Shown piece after piece: positions 21,145-31,235 of a DNA stretch of 64,000 nucleotides. Made by a program: the position numbers and the translations under genes. Below the pieces are notes generated by a model. The model did no database searches and was not told where the DNA came from. It saw only the letters and a list, made by a program, of their open reading frames with translations. The stretch comes from Brevinematales bacterium (GTDB lineage: Bacteria > Spirochaetota > Brevinematia > DTOW01). Position 1 is the first letter of the stretch, and the number at the start of each line of letters is the position of its first letter. Location of the stretch: positions 3,519 to 67,518 of the forward strand of contig JAOAHF010000011.1 of assembly GCA_026415355.1 (NCBI GenBank), given 5' to 3'.

Positions 21145-22188
21145 TTATTGAGCTCTCTGCTGACCTTGCTGACCCGACTCTTGAGATGCTGCTTTTCGCT
21201 TTTTTTCAAGCTCAACAAGCTCAACTTGATCTATAATTCTTCTAAGAGATCTCTTCGTGTATTCTATTTTTTCTTTTGACAAGATTTGCCAATATTTCTC
21301 ATCATCAATATCAAGCTCTTCTTGTACTACTGCTCTATCGAATGATAGAGACACATCTTTAAAGTATACTACAAAATCACCACCTGGCTCCTCTTGTGGT
21401 TTGTAAATCTTAAAGTACGCAAACTCCTTGAACGGCAAAGATCTAGGATACAAAGGTAATCTTTGTAATATCCTCTGGTTAACTTGTTCTATATAGTTGG
21501 GATTTTCCCAAGCAAGTCTTCTCCAACCTTGGAAGAATAATGGCCCCATAAAGTACTCTTCTTCAACTCCATCTTCATTCCTAAGTACAACGGATACCAA
21601 ATGCTTATAATTCCTACCAGAAACCCAAAGAGAAACTCTTTTAACTTGTAGAACATTCATAATGATGCCATTTTTAACTCTTTCCTCATCAGTGTACTGT
21701 TGCTTAGAAAAATCCGCTTCGGAATCAACTGGAGAACCATCCAAATAGTAAGGGGTAAATCTAAACGGTGGAAGTACTTTTGCGTTAGATAGGAAAGGAT
21801 TAACTGGGAATTTTATCCTCACACCCATTACATCACCCCACCTTTTACTCTGAACCTTAAGTAAGTACGAGCTTACTATATTTGGTATAAACCTAGCAGA
21901 TGATACTAGTTCTACTTTCCAGTTTTCTATCTTCCAAGACGCAGGATCAAACCATATATCAAGCAATTTTTGAGCATTCTCTTGAGAATAAAACCATTCT
22001 CGATACAGGTCAAGCCCTTCTTGCTTATACTTATCTACAAGATTCTGCAAATTTTGTTTTTCTTTTGACAGATACTGGCCTATTTTTTCCTCATAATTAC
22101 CAAAATCAATAAGTGTCCTTTCTATCTCCCCGTAAACCATCCCGACAACTATTAATAAAAGCACTCCAGCAACAACTACCTTCTTCAT
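21145..22188 (-). CDS. hypothetical secreted protein; weak resemblance to spirochaete-type flagellar sheath FlaA (tentative)
   Basis: 347 aa with a signal peptide. The mature N-terminus TLIDFGNYEE recalls the FlaA LIDF start, recalled from memory and not verified. The C-terminal tail is Q-rich (SQESGQQGQQRAQ). A rho-independent terminator lies downstream. Confidence 0.3.
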   Translation of the reverse strand: MKKVVVAGVLLLIVVGMVYGEIERTLIDFGNYEEKIGQYLSKEKQNLQNLVDKYKQEGLDLYREWFYSQENAQKLLDIWFDPASWKIENWKVELVSSARFIPNIVSSYLLKVQSKRWGDVMGVRIKFPVNPFLSNAKVLPPFRFTPYYLDGSPVDSEADFSKQQYTDEERVKNGIIMNVLQVKRVSLWVSGRNYKHLVSVVLRNEDGVEEEYFMGPLFFQGWRRLAWENPNYIEQVNQRILQRLPLYPRSLPFKEFAYFKIYKPQEEPGGDFVVYFKDVSLSFDRAVVQEELDIDDEKYWQILSKEKIEYTKRSLRRIIDQVELVELEKKRKAASQESGQQGQQRAQ

Positions 22189-22389
22189 AAGAAGCCTCCT
22201 TTGTCTAGTTAGGATTATCGGAAGGCCTCTTTTGTTAGTTTAAAGCCCCCAATACATCCTACTCTTCTGAATAGTATCATAAATCCAAAACACCTGTTTT
22301 TCAATAAAAAAAGAGAATAATTACACAAAAATAATAATCCAATACAAAAACAACAACATTATTAAGCATCTAGAAACTTAAAACTTCAC

Positions 22390-23904
22390 TTGAAAACTAA
22401 AAAGTGTTATTTTACAATCCCAAGTATGAAAGTAAGATCATTGTTAACTACAGCACTATTTTTCATATCTCAATATGCCTTAGCAAACACGAATGTATTA
22501 TTTTATAAAGATGGAGTACTAGTTAGAATAAACCTAAAAACAAACATCATATACCTACCTAATGGAGATTACAACATGAAAATCGAAGATAATACCATAT
22601 TAGAATCCTTTATAACTAATATTACCGATAACAAATTACTAGCTGAGTTAAGTAACATACTAAAAGAAATAAAATATGCTGAAAGTAAAATGCAGGATAC
22701 CCAATACGAGATAAACAGACTAAACGATAATCTTGACATTCTAAAAATCATAATTGGATCATCTGGTCAAAAAGATCAAAAAAGTATTAACAGCCTTGTT
22801 GAAGAGTACAATAACATCTACAAAAAAATTATCAACCTAAAAAAAGAACTACAATTACTAGAAACTCAAAAAGAAGATAAAGAAAAGATTGTCAAAGAGC
22901 TAGAAGAGAAAATAGCATCTTCAACTCAAACGTATAAAGTCTTCATACTTTCAAAACCATTTGGAACACTAAATCTCCTATTATCAGGAGGCTGGGAAAG
23001 TAGTTACAAATTAAATGCTGATAATAACACTATAACAACAAAAATTATAGTATCACTACCTAAAGGTTTCAAATTTAAATCCTATAAGACAACTTTCTAT
23101 ACTTTTAGAATGGAGAAAGAATACGTTAGGATAAACCTCGATAAACTTATAGGCAACATCTACGAAACAAGATACTTCAAAACTGCTATTAAACCAAGTA
23201 TTATGAAAAAAACCATGAATGTAGATAATTATGAAGAAGAAGAGGAAGAAAGTGAAAGAATAAGTGAAAAAGGTTTAGATGTTGGAATAGCTTTTGAATT
23301 AGATAAAGAGATTACTGTAGAAAATGGATCAGAGATAACAATATCTACTAATCCTATAAGTATTCAAAAGAGATATATTGCTATACCCTCAAAATACCCA
23401 AAAGGTATCATGACACTAATAATATCAAACAACCTACCCAATTCTATCCTGCCAGGAGAACTTGAAATATCATTTGGTCAAGCTACAATAAGTGGTTTAG
23501 TCATAGATAGCGTAATACCAAGAAACAGTGTATTCGAAACATACGGATTATTAATAAATGAAATAGACGTAAAAAGAGAAATAGTTGAGGAGAAAACCGA
23601 AAATCCTAAATTCCTTGGAACCAACAAGAGAATTGTTAGAGTATTCAAAAATTCAATCAAAAATAACCTATCAAGTGATATAGAAATAACTATAATCGAC
23701 AGAATACCAATACCTTCAGACGATAGGATAAAAATAGGCATAGAAAGAATAATACCATCTCCCACTTCAAATTACGAACAGATAATGAAAGAAAGTATAT
23801 TTAATATAAAAATTCCTGTCGCTAAAGGCAAAGAAGTAAGCACTACTGTTTCCTATTGGGTTGAATACCCAGCAGATCTACGTTACTATGAATACGAAAG
23901 ATGA
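22390..23904 (+). CDS. hypothetical secreted protein with central coiled coil and beta-rich C-terminal domain (possibly DUF4140/DUF4139-like, tentative)
   Basis: 504 aa with signal peptide LTTALFFISQYALA. Residues about 90-190 are a K/E/L heptad-rich coiled coil. No catalytic motif was recognised. Confidence 0.35.
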   Translation: MKTKKCYFTIPSMKVRSLLTTALFFISQYALANTNVLFYKDGVLVRINLKTNIIYLPNGDYNMKIEDNTILESFITNITDNKLLAELSNILKEIKYAESKMQDTQYEINRLNDNLDILKIIIGSSGQKDQKSINSLVEEYNNIYKKIINLKKELQLLETQKEDKEKIVKELEEKIASSTQTYKVFILSKPFGTLNLLLSGGWESSYKLNADNNTITTKIIVSLPKGFKFKSYKTTFYTFRMEKEYVRINLDKLIGNIYETRYFKTAIKPSIMKKTMNVDNYEEEEEESERISEKGLDVGIAFELDKEITVENGSEITISTNPISIQKRYIAIPSKYPKGIMTLIISNNLPNSILPGELEISFGQATISGLVIDSVIPRNSVFETYGLLINEIDVKREIVEEKTENPKFLGTNKRIVRVFKNSIKNNLSSDIEITIIDRIPIPSDDRIKIGIERIIPSPTSNYEQIMKESIFNIKIPVAKGKEVSTTVSYWVEYPADLRYYEYER

Positions 23905-24972
23905 TTACTTACTGATATTAAAAAATTTTTTTAACATATTTGCTCTTTCTCTACCTATAAAAGATTCTGTTGGTGGTATATTCGAATGAAGCATTATACT
24001 AGCATCTCTCAAAAAAACCAATAAAAAGTTAATTAGCTCACTTAAATCAACTATTTCCTTATCTCTTAGAGAACTCAAGAATGAAACTATGCTTAGCTTT
24101 GATATAATATTCACAAATGCTTTGTAGTGTATAAAGTTAGCACTTTTCACAGTAGTCTTGAAATCATTATAGTCTTTGACTATGTTAAAAGTACTAAACT
24201 TATCACCTAGTTTCATTCTTTCTTTTATTTCAATCTCTCTGACTCTCTCAATAAGTGATTTAAACATTATTTTATTTGCTATCATAGACTTGTCTGGTTG
24301 AAACGCAAAACTAAACTCCATAAAGTTTGTCCTATCGTAAAGAGGATTATGGTTATAGTAAACACCATTTGAAGAAAGAGTATCAATAATATTCTCCAAA
24401 TTGTTAGAATTTCTAAGCCCCCATATATTCAAAAGGAATTTCATCTTGACACCATGTCCTATTGTTGAAATATCACTGGTTATGTATCCATAGGATTTAT
24501 TGAAAGAAGGTACAAAATACTCATCAAATAGTATACTCATCCTTTCAACAGTATCAAAAACTTCATCAATGCCATTACCAAGATATGTAGTTCTCAAATA
24601 GAAATGATCATAAACATTAGTAGTTATCGAATACTTTGCCCTATTCTCCAAGTAAATTCTGACATTTCTACTTTTACCACCTAAAAACTTTATAATCTCA
24701 TAATCAAGGATCTCTCTATCTATAAGACCTAAAAGTTCATTATCTTTTGATGTTATTGATGTAATATCAGTTATGTTCTCATAATCTGGGAGAGTATTCA
24801 AGAATTCTTTTACTCTAGAATTTATTTCTTTTTTCTGCTTATCTTCAAGTCTCATGGGTAAATCATAGCCTGCCATGTTCCTAGAAAGAGTAAGAACAGT
24901 ATAAACTACAAAACTCTCATCCTTCCTAACCTGATTCGGCATTAACCTATTAAAAGAAACACTCTGTATCAT
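23905..24972 (-). CDS. ATP:guanido phosphotransferase-fold protein, McsB-like (protein arginine kinase-like), reactive Cys replaced by Asp
   Basis: 355 aa. VLTLSRNMAGYDLP aligns to the McsB/phosphagen-kinase VLSSRIRLARNFxxxxFP. DHFYLR aligns to EEDHIRIQ. GYITSDISTIGHGVKMK aligns to GYLTSCPTNVGTGLRAS. The reactive Cys of the CPTN motif is Asp here. Confidence 0.5.
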   Translation of the reverse strand: MIQSVSFNRLMPNQVRKDESFVVYTVLTLSRNMAGYDLPMRLEDKQKKEINSRVKEFLNTLPDYENITDITSITSKDNELLGLIDREILDYEIIKFLGGKSRNVRIYLENRAKYSITTNVYDHFYLRTTYLGNGIDEVFDTVERMSILFDEYFVPSFNKSYGYITSDISTIGHGVKMKFLLNIWGLRNSNNLENIIDTLSSNGVYYNHNPLYDRTNFMEFSFAFQPDKSMIANKIMFKSLIERVREIEIKERMKLGDKFSTFNIVKDYNDFKTTVKSANFIHYKAFVNIISKLSIVSFLSSLRDKEIVDLSELINFLLVFLRDASIMLHSNIPPTESFIGRERANMLKKFFNISK

Positions 24973-25156
24973 CGCTTAAAAATATAAGTATTATCTACAT
25001 AAATATCAAACTCAAAATTCTACTACAAGTTTTACAAAATCAAATACTCCAATAAAGTACAATAATGAAATTCCTAAACCTACTCAATATGCGATTTTTA
25101 AACATACTTAGCCTAAAAATGATATAAATTATATCCTTTATTTAAAATACTTCTCT

Positions 25157-26785
25157 ATGAAAAGATCACTAATAATATTTTGTTTAGCACTAGCAATCTC
25201 AACTCTCTCATGTACCCCAAATATCAACAAACTAAAAATAACAGAACCTGTTTTAAAAACAGATATAGTAGTTTCAATAGCAGAAATAAAATCTATAAAG
25301 ACTAATTATATCATAGATCTTTCCCACAAAGTAGATCTAATAACCAAATTAGGAGAAAAGTTAGAATCACCAAAACACGAAGATGAAACTAAAGATATTA
25401 CTATAACAAACATTACAAGTAATGAAAAAGCTATCCAAACATCACAAGATCAAACAAACTTAATACCAACAAAAACCAAGAAATTTATAGATTTAGATAA
25501 CATCATAAAAAACACTATATCTATAAACTTAAAAAACTTCATAAGATACCTATCAAAATACAACTACAGTGTTGAGGAAATAAAAATACTCAACAGAGAC
25601 AAAATAGAAGAAGAGATACTAAAAACATACAACGATAAAGAGATAAAAGAGTACACTTACACTAAATACACAACAAATTTTATTAAACAAACTAACTATT
25701 ATGTCTTCATTACAAATACTAACATACTCGTAGCAGAAATTGTTGACAAAAATTTAGTTATAGAGGAAATTAAGTTGAAGGACAACATTTTCTTGAGTAA
25801 TGTTTTGATCAATTATGACTGGGTACTAAAATTAACTAATGGAGTTAACTTTACCGAGGGTAGTAAAGGGGATTTTTCAATATTAGTTTTCTACGATATT
25901 TACGAATCCCCCATTAATAGATATTTAACAAACATAATCATATCAATGGTTGTAATTGTTTCAAACCAAACTACCTCAAACTTTATCTTAATGAAAACAA
26001 ACCTAGAACTTATCGATTTCTTGTCTACTGATAGAAAAGTTTTCAACCAACTCAAACCATTTTTTTACAACTACAGAACAGGAATTCTAAAAGTAGAAAC
26101 AAAACCTGAAGATGTTGACATACTTGTAAATGACTTATATATGGGTAGAGGGAAAACTACTCCGGAATTTTTCTCTGAAGGAATCCATAAGATAACACTC
26201 TCAAAAGGTCCATTAATAATAGATGAGTATGTATATTTGAAAAGTGGTGCACTAAACATATACTCAAAAGACTTATCAGAAAACTACAAAAATACAAAGA
26301 AACTATACATAAACTCAATACCATTAGGAGCAGATACTTTCATAGAAAGTCAATACATTGGAAAAACACCAACAAATATAGTATTACCAACTGGTAAATA
26401 CAGAATATGGCTCAAAAAAAATAATCTAGAGAAATTTCTTGATATTGAACTTAATTCAGACACTAACCTGTCAGCAACTTTACAAGACCTAAATCAAAAT
26501 ACTGAATACAATGTAATGACTGGTATAACCATATTATTGGGTATAGCAACTGTTTCAAGTATATCTATGTTTTTCTGGGCTGATTCCCAAGAAAGATACT
26601 ATGACTTCCTATATAATCAATACGGAAAACCTGAATACCAAAAAATGAGAGAATACTATTATTACTTCAAAGATAACATGAGAACAACCTCAATAACAGG
26701 AACAATAGCAACTCTTATCTTATGGGGAATTACATTAGGAATTGAATCAGATAAGTTTTACATAAAACTAAATCATCAATTCTAA
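25157..26785 (+). CDS. PEGA-domain lipoprotein with C-terminal TM anchor
   Basis: Lipobox LAISTLSC. There are two PEGA-like repeats (VETKPEDVDILVNDLYMGRGKTTPE and NSIPLGADTFIESQYIGKTPTNIVLPTGKYRIWL) and a C-terminal TM helix. Confidence 0.55.
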   Translation: MKRSLIIFCLALAISTLSCTPNINKLKITEPVLKTDIVVSIAEIKSIKTNYIIDLSHKVDLITKLGEKLESPKHEDETKDITITNITSNEKAIQTSQDQTNLIPTKTKKFIDLDNIIKNTISINLKNFIRYLSKYNYSVEEIKILNRDKIEEEILKTYNDKEIKEYTYTKYTTNFIKQTNYYVFITNTNILVAEIVDKNLVIEEIKLKDNIFLSNVLINYDWVLKLTNGVNFTEGSKGDFSILVFYDIYESPINRYLTNIIISMVVIVSNQTTSNFILMKTNLELIDFLSTDRKVFNQLKPFFYNYRTGILKVETKPEDVDILVNDLYMGRGKTTPEFFSEGIHKITLSKGPLIIDEYVYLKSGALNIYSKDLSENYKNTKKLYINSIPLGADTFIESQYIGKTPTNIVLPTGKYRIWLKKNNLEKFLDIELNSDTNLSATLQDLNQNTEYNVMTGITILLGIATVSSISMFFWADSQERYYDFLYNQYGKPEYQKMREYYYYFKDNMRTTSITGTIATLILWGITLGIESDKFYIKLNHQF

Positions 26786-26865
26786 TACAACATCCATAAT
26801 CGTGAATATAAGTAAAGTAAAGTAAAAAAAACATCACAACTTCTTAAGGTTTCAAAAAAATTCTT

Positions 26866-27558
26866 TCAATTAGCTATAAGATTCTCAAATCTAGCATCTA
26901 TATACCTTACTGGCAACTTTTTTTGAATTATATATTTCGTTGATAAAAAAGCCTTCTTTAGTTTCTCAGAATTCATCCTACTACCAAAATATATATTTAT
27001 CTTATACAGAGAATTAAACCCATATATACCATCTTTATCAACTATAAAAACATCAGGGAAATATTTACTCATCTTTATACTTGCATCAGTAGCACTCACT
27101 GTACTTATTATGTTTTCAAGTACACCACTATCAGCAGAAACTTTCGGTACTATAGTTATTAGTTCATCGAAAATTTCTTTATCATACTTATCTACGGTAT
27201 TCATATCCTCGTCATAAAGTACATAACCATTTCCGTTAAAAACCTTAACCACAGGTTTCCTGTGTATAACATCAATATATACAGTATCAGGTGGATACAT
27301 TATAACTCTAACTCCTTTTAAATCTTCTGACATACGACTAACATTTTTTTCAATTATAACCTTATCAAGAAAAATAATATTCTTATCTTTTACCATATTT
27401 ACAATTACTTGATCTATGTACTCATTGTAGTTCTTGACATTATGGTTTATAGTTACGTTCTTGATTTTTAGCCTATCAGAATCGTAATACACTGCAAGCA
27501 ATACTAAGACTATCAAAATCGAAAGTATTATAACAAAAGTTAGTTTTATGAAGTTCAT
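26866..27558 (-). CDS. ftsQ: cell division protein FtsQ/DivIB-like (N-terminal TM plus POTRA)
   Basis: 230 aa. Short N-terminus, TM (FVIILSILIVLVLLAVYY), then LKIKNVTINHNVK...RVIMYPPDTVYIDVIHRKPVVKV...YIDARFEN parallel to E. coli FtsQ. Its ATG overlaps the sigma-factor TGA (ATGA). Confidence 0.6.
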   Translation of the reverse strand: MNFIKLTFVIILSILIVLVLLAVYYDSDRLKIKNVTINHNVKNYNEYIDQVIVNMVKDKNIIFLDKVIIEKNVSRMSEDLKGVRVIMYPPDTVYIDVIHRKPVVKVFNGNGYVLYDEDMNTVDKYDKEIFDELITIVPKVSADSGVLENIISTVSATDASIKMSKYFPDVFIVDKDGIYGFNSLYKINIYFGSRMNSEKLKKAFLSTKYIIQKKLPVRYIDARFENLIAN

Positions 27559-28106
27559 GATTTAAAATGCTGGCTTAGTAATTTTTTTATTCTTTGTATT
27601 GAATTGTCAACATATTTCTTTGTCTTACCGATCTTTTTCGCTATATCCTTATACTTGTATCCCATCAACCAGAGATCTAATATCTCCTTATCCTCTTCTG
27701 AAAAGAGTTTATCATTCGTCTCGATAAAAGTTTTTACTTGCTTTTCTAATATCCTAAGTTCGTAATCAGAGGATCTACTATCCACCATTTCTAGATTTTC
27801 ATCAAGCTCTTGTGTCTTATATTTTGAAAAAGATTTTAGATAGTTTATTATCTCATTCTTTACACACTTTCTTACGAAAGTTCTAATACTAGCTCCTCTT
27901 GATCTGTCAAATTTTGGTATAGATTCTATTGCTTTGACAGTACCCTCTTGTATTAAGTCTTGGATCAACTCTCTATACTCTGGCTTCCTTTTGATAATAT
28001 CTCTTACAACTTTCGAAACAATTCTTCGTATTTCATCATGAGTTATATCTGTTTGATTAAACATAAAAAAATTATCTAATCTAGAATTTAGATACTTTAA
28101 GGGCAC
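27555..28106 (-). CDS. RNA polymerase sigma-70 family factor (small ECF/group-4-like size)
   Basis: Region 2 is DLIQEGTVKAIESIPKFDRSRGASIRTFVRKCVKNEII. Region 4 HTH is EEDKEILDLWLMGYKYKDIAKKIGKTKKYVDNSIQRIKK. The track start is GTG, and an internal ATG at about 28064 is an alternative. Confidence 0.7.
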   Translation of the reverse strand: MPLKYLNSRLDNFFMFNQTDITHDEIRRIVSKVVRDIIKRKPEYRELIQDLIQEGTVKAIESIPKFDRSRGASIRTFVRKCVKNEIINYLKSFSKYKTQELDENLEMVDSRSSDYELRILEKQVKTFIETNDKLFSEEDKEILDLWLMGYKYKDIAKKIGKTKKYVDNSIQRIKKLLSQHFKS

Positions 28107-28120
28107 TTTTCAACACATAT

Positions 28121-30451
28121 CTAGTTATTCGAAATCGATGCCCTAACAGTAGTAGTACTTTTTATAACAAAGTTGTCGTAGATAAACTTATTTTCCTTGA
28201 CAATTTTTGTATATTCTCTTGTCTCATGAAACCTTATACCTTCAACAAACATTATTTTATCTTGAGTCTTTAAAGAATCATACCATCTTCTAACTGCCGT
28301 TATACCGCCATTATAAGATGCTATAACTAAAACTTCTCTCATACTTTCTGGATACCTCGAGAAGAAATCAACAAGTTCTTTTAGATGAGATATCCCTAAA
28401 TGTAAGTTATTCTCAATCACAAAAACATCCAAACTCTTCAAAGGTTCTTTTGTCTTTAGAAATCTCTTAGCAGTAGCATCAGCAGTTGATAGTATTAACT
28501 GCATAAGTCCTATAGCATTAGCAACCGAAACTACAAAGGGAGAAAATCTACTTTCCTGCCTCATTATAGAATAAACAAGAGATTTATCAATACCATAAAC
28601 AAAACAAAACTTATCTACTCTATCTTCAAAAGGAGTAGGATATAACTCATCCAAAAAAGCAATTGTATAGAATGCTCTCAAAAAGTATATATTGTTGTTC
28701 TGAAAACCAAATCTCTCATAAGATCTAACTACATAATCAACCATTCCCAGATTTTTAAAATCCTCTACCAACATTATATTAGGCCTCGGTATTATATACC
28801 TGACTTCAAGATGAGCATCCAAAATAATCCCTTTACTATACATTGAATAAATATAATTAGGCAAACTTGTTACCATATTTGTTTCTATCTCATTGGTCTG
28901 AAAATTGGCATTTGATACAGAAACTCTTTGAAAGAGAAGCTTCTTCTTAAATTTTTCAACTTCCTCATATACGTTGACATCACTATCCCAATTAAGACCA
29001 AATTTATCTACTATATACCTAAAACCTATCAAGGCATTAAGATCATCCAGATTAGAATTTGTCTTATATCTACCTAGAATAGACATATAATTATTAGAAA
29101 GTATTAGCATAACCCTTTCTTTCAATTCAGTATTTGTATCGAGAAGCTCTAACATTGCTATGTATTCATAAGTAAAAGGGAACCTCGTAATTATATCACT
29201 TGCTATTGAAGGTTTGTTATCCGAGAATAAGAAAGATAACAATAGAAATTCTTTCTCCCAATATGTATTTTTTGTCCTCTTTAGCATAAATGATACAAAT
29301 TCATTTATCTCACTCATATTTCCCTCGTGTAGATTATAGGAGATAAAGGCAGACAAGAATCCCTTTGTCGACGTTGTAAGTCCAACTCTTGAGTAATAGT
29401 TGGTTATAAAATTTAAGTAAACTTTAGGACTTAATAATCTGTAATTTCTCAAAACATAGGACAGAAATTCAACTCCTCCTGTTTTAACATACTTACTCGC
29501 AATATTATTAAATTCCTTACCATTGTTTCCTAAAACCCTCAAATTAAGTATTAACAACTTATCAAATGATATGTTATACGAATCAAAAATCTTTTTATTT
29601 GTCTCATAGTCCTTCAAAGTTCTTTCCAATATCGGTTTAGCCTTATCATATTCCTTTGTCTCAGTATAGAGTAATGCTGAATAATAATCACGTATTTGAC
29701 TAGGCAAAGAGGTAGTAAGAAAAAGTTTCACACCATCTATTACAAAACCAGAAGAAATAAGATTTCCTGACACAGACACTAATGAAGAGGAATTTTTATA
29801 ACTCCTACCAACAAGAGCTCTGACTATATCGTCTGACTTTTTGTTTTTCTTCATCAACTGAAGAAAAGTAGAAACAAAAACAGCAAAATTATCATCGGAA
29901 ATCTTTAATAACTCTACAACTTTGTCAACATCATTATCCTTTAAAAAGCTTACCTTAAAGTCTATTATTCGAGCTTTACCTACAAATATAGAGTTTCTGA
30001 ATGAATAGTATCGTATATGATCAGTATAGTATTTTAAGTATTCATTAGTAGATACATAAGATATAATCTTTTGAGAATCCTCAAACATGCCAAGTTCTGA
30101 AAGAGAAAACCCCACAAGTAGAATCACATTATTTGATAGAAATTTGTCACTTATAAAATAGTTAGTAAAGTCAAGTAGATCATGATAATTTGAAACTCTA
30201 TACAATGAACTAGCAACTATATAAATTAGCTCAGGTGACAAGTTTTTTATCAAATTATTTGTTCTAAATCTCTGATAATTAGTAGAAACATACTCAAAAT
30301 CCATATCATTGTATGCTCTAACCATACAACTTATAACATCCTGTGGGCTACCCTCGTATATCCTTACTCCCATTCCAACTGTAACTATGAATACCAAAAC
30401 AGCTACAATTACAACCCCAACGATAAGAATCCAATTTCTAAATATTACCAT
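28121..30451 (-). CDS. slt: soluble lytic murein transglycosylase (Slt70-like: superhelical TPR-like region plus C-terminal SLT domain)
   Basis: 776 aa. N-terminal signal/TM, long alpha-superhelical repeats, and a C-terminal IMRQESRFSPFVVSVANAIGLMQLILSTADATAKRF...SYNGG (ES...GLMQ...AYN) SLT catalytic motif. Confidence 0.75.
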   Translation of the reverse strand: MVIFRNWILIVGVVIVAVLVFIVTVGMGVRIYEGSPQDVISCMVRAYNDMDFEYVSTNYQRFRTNNLIKNLSPELIYIVASSLYRVSNYHDLLDFTNYFISDKFLSNNVILLVGFSLSELGMFEDSQKIISYVSTNEYLKYYTDHIRYYSFRNSIFVGKARIIDFKVSFLKDNDVDKVVELLKISDDNFAVFVSTFLQLMKKNKKSDDIVRALVGRSYKNSSSLVSVSGNLISSGFVIDGVKLFLTTSLPSQIRDYYSALLYTETKEYDKAKPILERTLKDYETNKKIFDSYNISFDKLLILNLRVLGNNGKEFNNIASKYVKTGGVEFLSYVLRNYRLLSPKVYLNFITNYYSRVGLTTSTKGFLSAFISYNLHEGNMSEINEFVSFMLKRTKNTYWEKEFLLLSFLFSDNKPSIASDIITRFPFTYEYIAMLELLDTNTELKERVMLILSNNYMSILGRYKTNSNLDDLNALIGFRYIVDKFGLNWDSDVNVYEEVEKFKKKLLFQRVSVSNANFQTNEIETNMVTSLPNYIYSMYSKGIILDAHLEVRYIIPRPNIMLVEDFKNLGMVDYVVRSYERFGFQNNNIYFLRAFYTIAFLDELYPTPFEDRVDKFCFVYGIDKSLVYSIMRQESRFSPFVVSVANAIGLMQLILSTADATAKRFLKTKEPLKSLDVFVIENNLHLGISHLKELVDFFSRYPESMREVLVIASYNGGITAVRRWYDSLKTQDKIMFVEGIRFHETREYTKIVKENKFIYDNFVIKSTTTVRASISNN

Positions 30452-30483
30452 AATCTTATTATGGATCTAAGTAATAATTAAAA

Positions 30484-31039
30484 TCAAAATAGGTAAGGTA
30501 TAAACATTTTAGTCTTACTCTTGTATTCAACATATTCTGATCCAAATTTTTCCTCAAGAATCCTCTCTTCTATTGGTAACCTCAAAACTACCAAAGAAAG
30601 CATGATAAGTTCACCTAATAACGAAAAAAACCACCATCCAGTTATTAAAAATCCAGATATAAATAACACTATATAGCAGCATATATAGGATGTCTTATAT
30701 AAGCATAAGGACCTTCCTTGACAAGTCTCTTTGCCTTATCAACAGATGGACTAAAGTTTTCACCAAGCTTAGCATGATCCCAAAATATCAAAAATAAACA
30801 AAACACCGAAAGTACAGTGCCTACATACATAAATTCTATAGGTAACTGTGTATCTTCATAAGAGTTGGATACAAATCAAATAGATAAAAGTATGTCGCTA
30901 CTATTAAAACTACACCAAGTACATTTCTATAAACAACCAAAAATGGAGGTTCAAGTCCTTTGTAACTATCAAAGAATGAATGAGAAAAAAAACTTAAAAT
31001 AAGTTCTACCAACAAGCAGCACCAGAAAAATAATACCAA
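30484..31039 (-). pseudogene. isoprenylcysteine carboxyl methyltransferase (ICMT/PEMT)-family membrane methyltransferase, disrupted by two frameshifts
   Basis: Three consecutive minus-strand frames carry, in order, MVLFFWCCLLVELILSFF...PTLMKIHSYL*, then EFMYVGTVLSVFCLFLIFWDHAKLGENFSPSVDKAKRLVKEGPYAYIRHPIYAAI*, then VLFISGFLITGWWFFSLLGELIMLSLVVLRLPIEERILEEKFGSEYVEYKSKTKMFIPYLF. The ICMT signature LVxxGxYxxxRHPxY...EE.L...FG.EY..Y is split between the second and third frames. Confidence 0.55.
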
Positions 31040-31235
31040 ATACTACTTTTTCCATACAATTACCTCTATTTTTCGGTAATTTATGTATAACACTTCCTGC
31101 AATTGTCAAATTGACTTCCAGAAGTTTCTTGATAGGAAGTATTTTAATCCTTTACTATTATTTTACTTTCAGCAAACAGAGAAGATTTGTTATCTTTAAC
31201 AAATCAATATATATTACCTTTTTGAGGGGTTTTGT

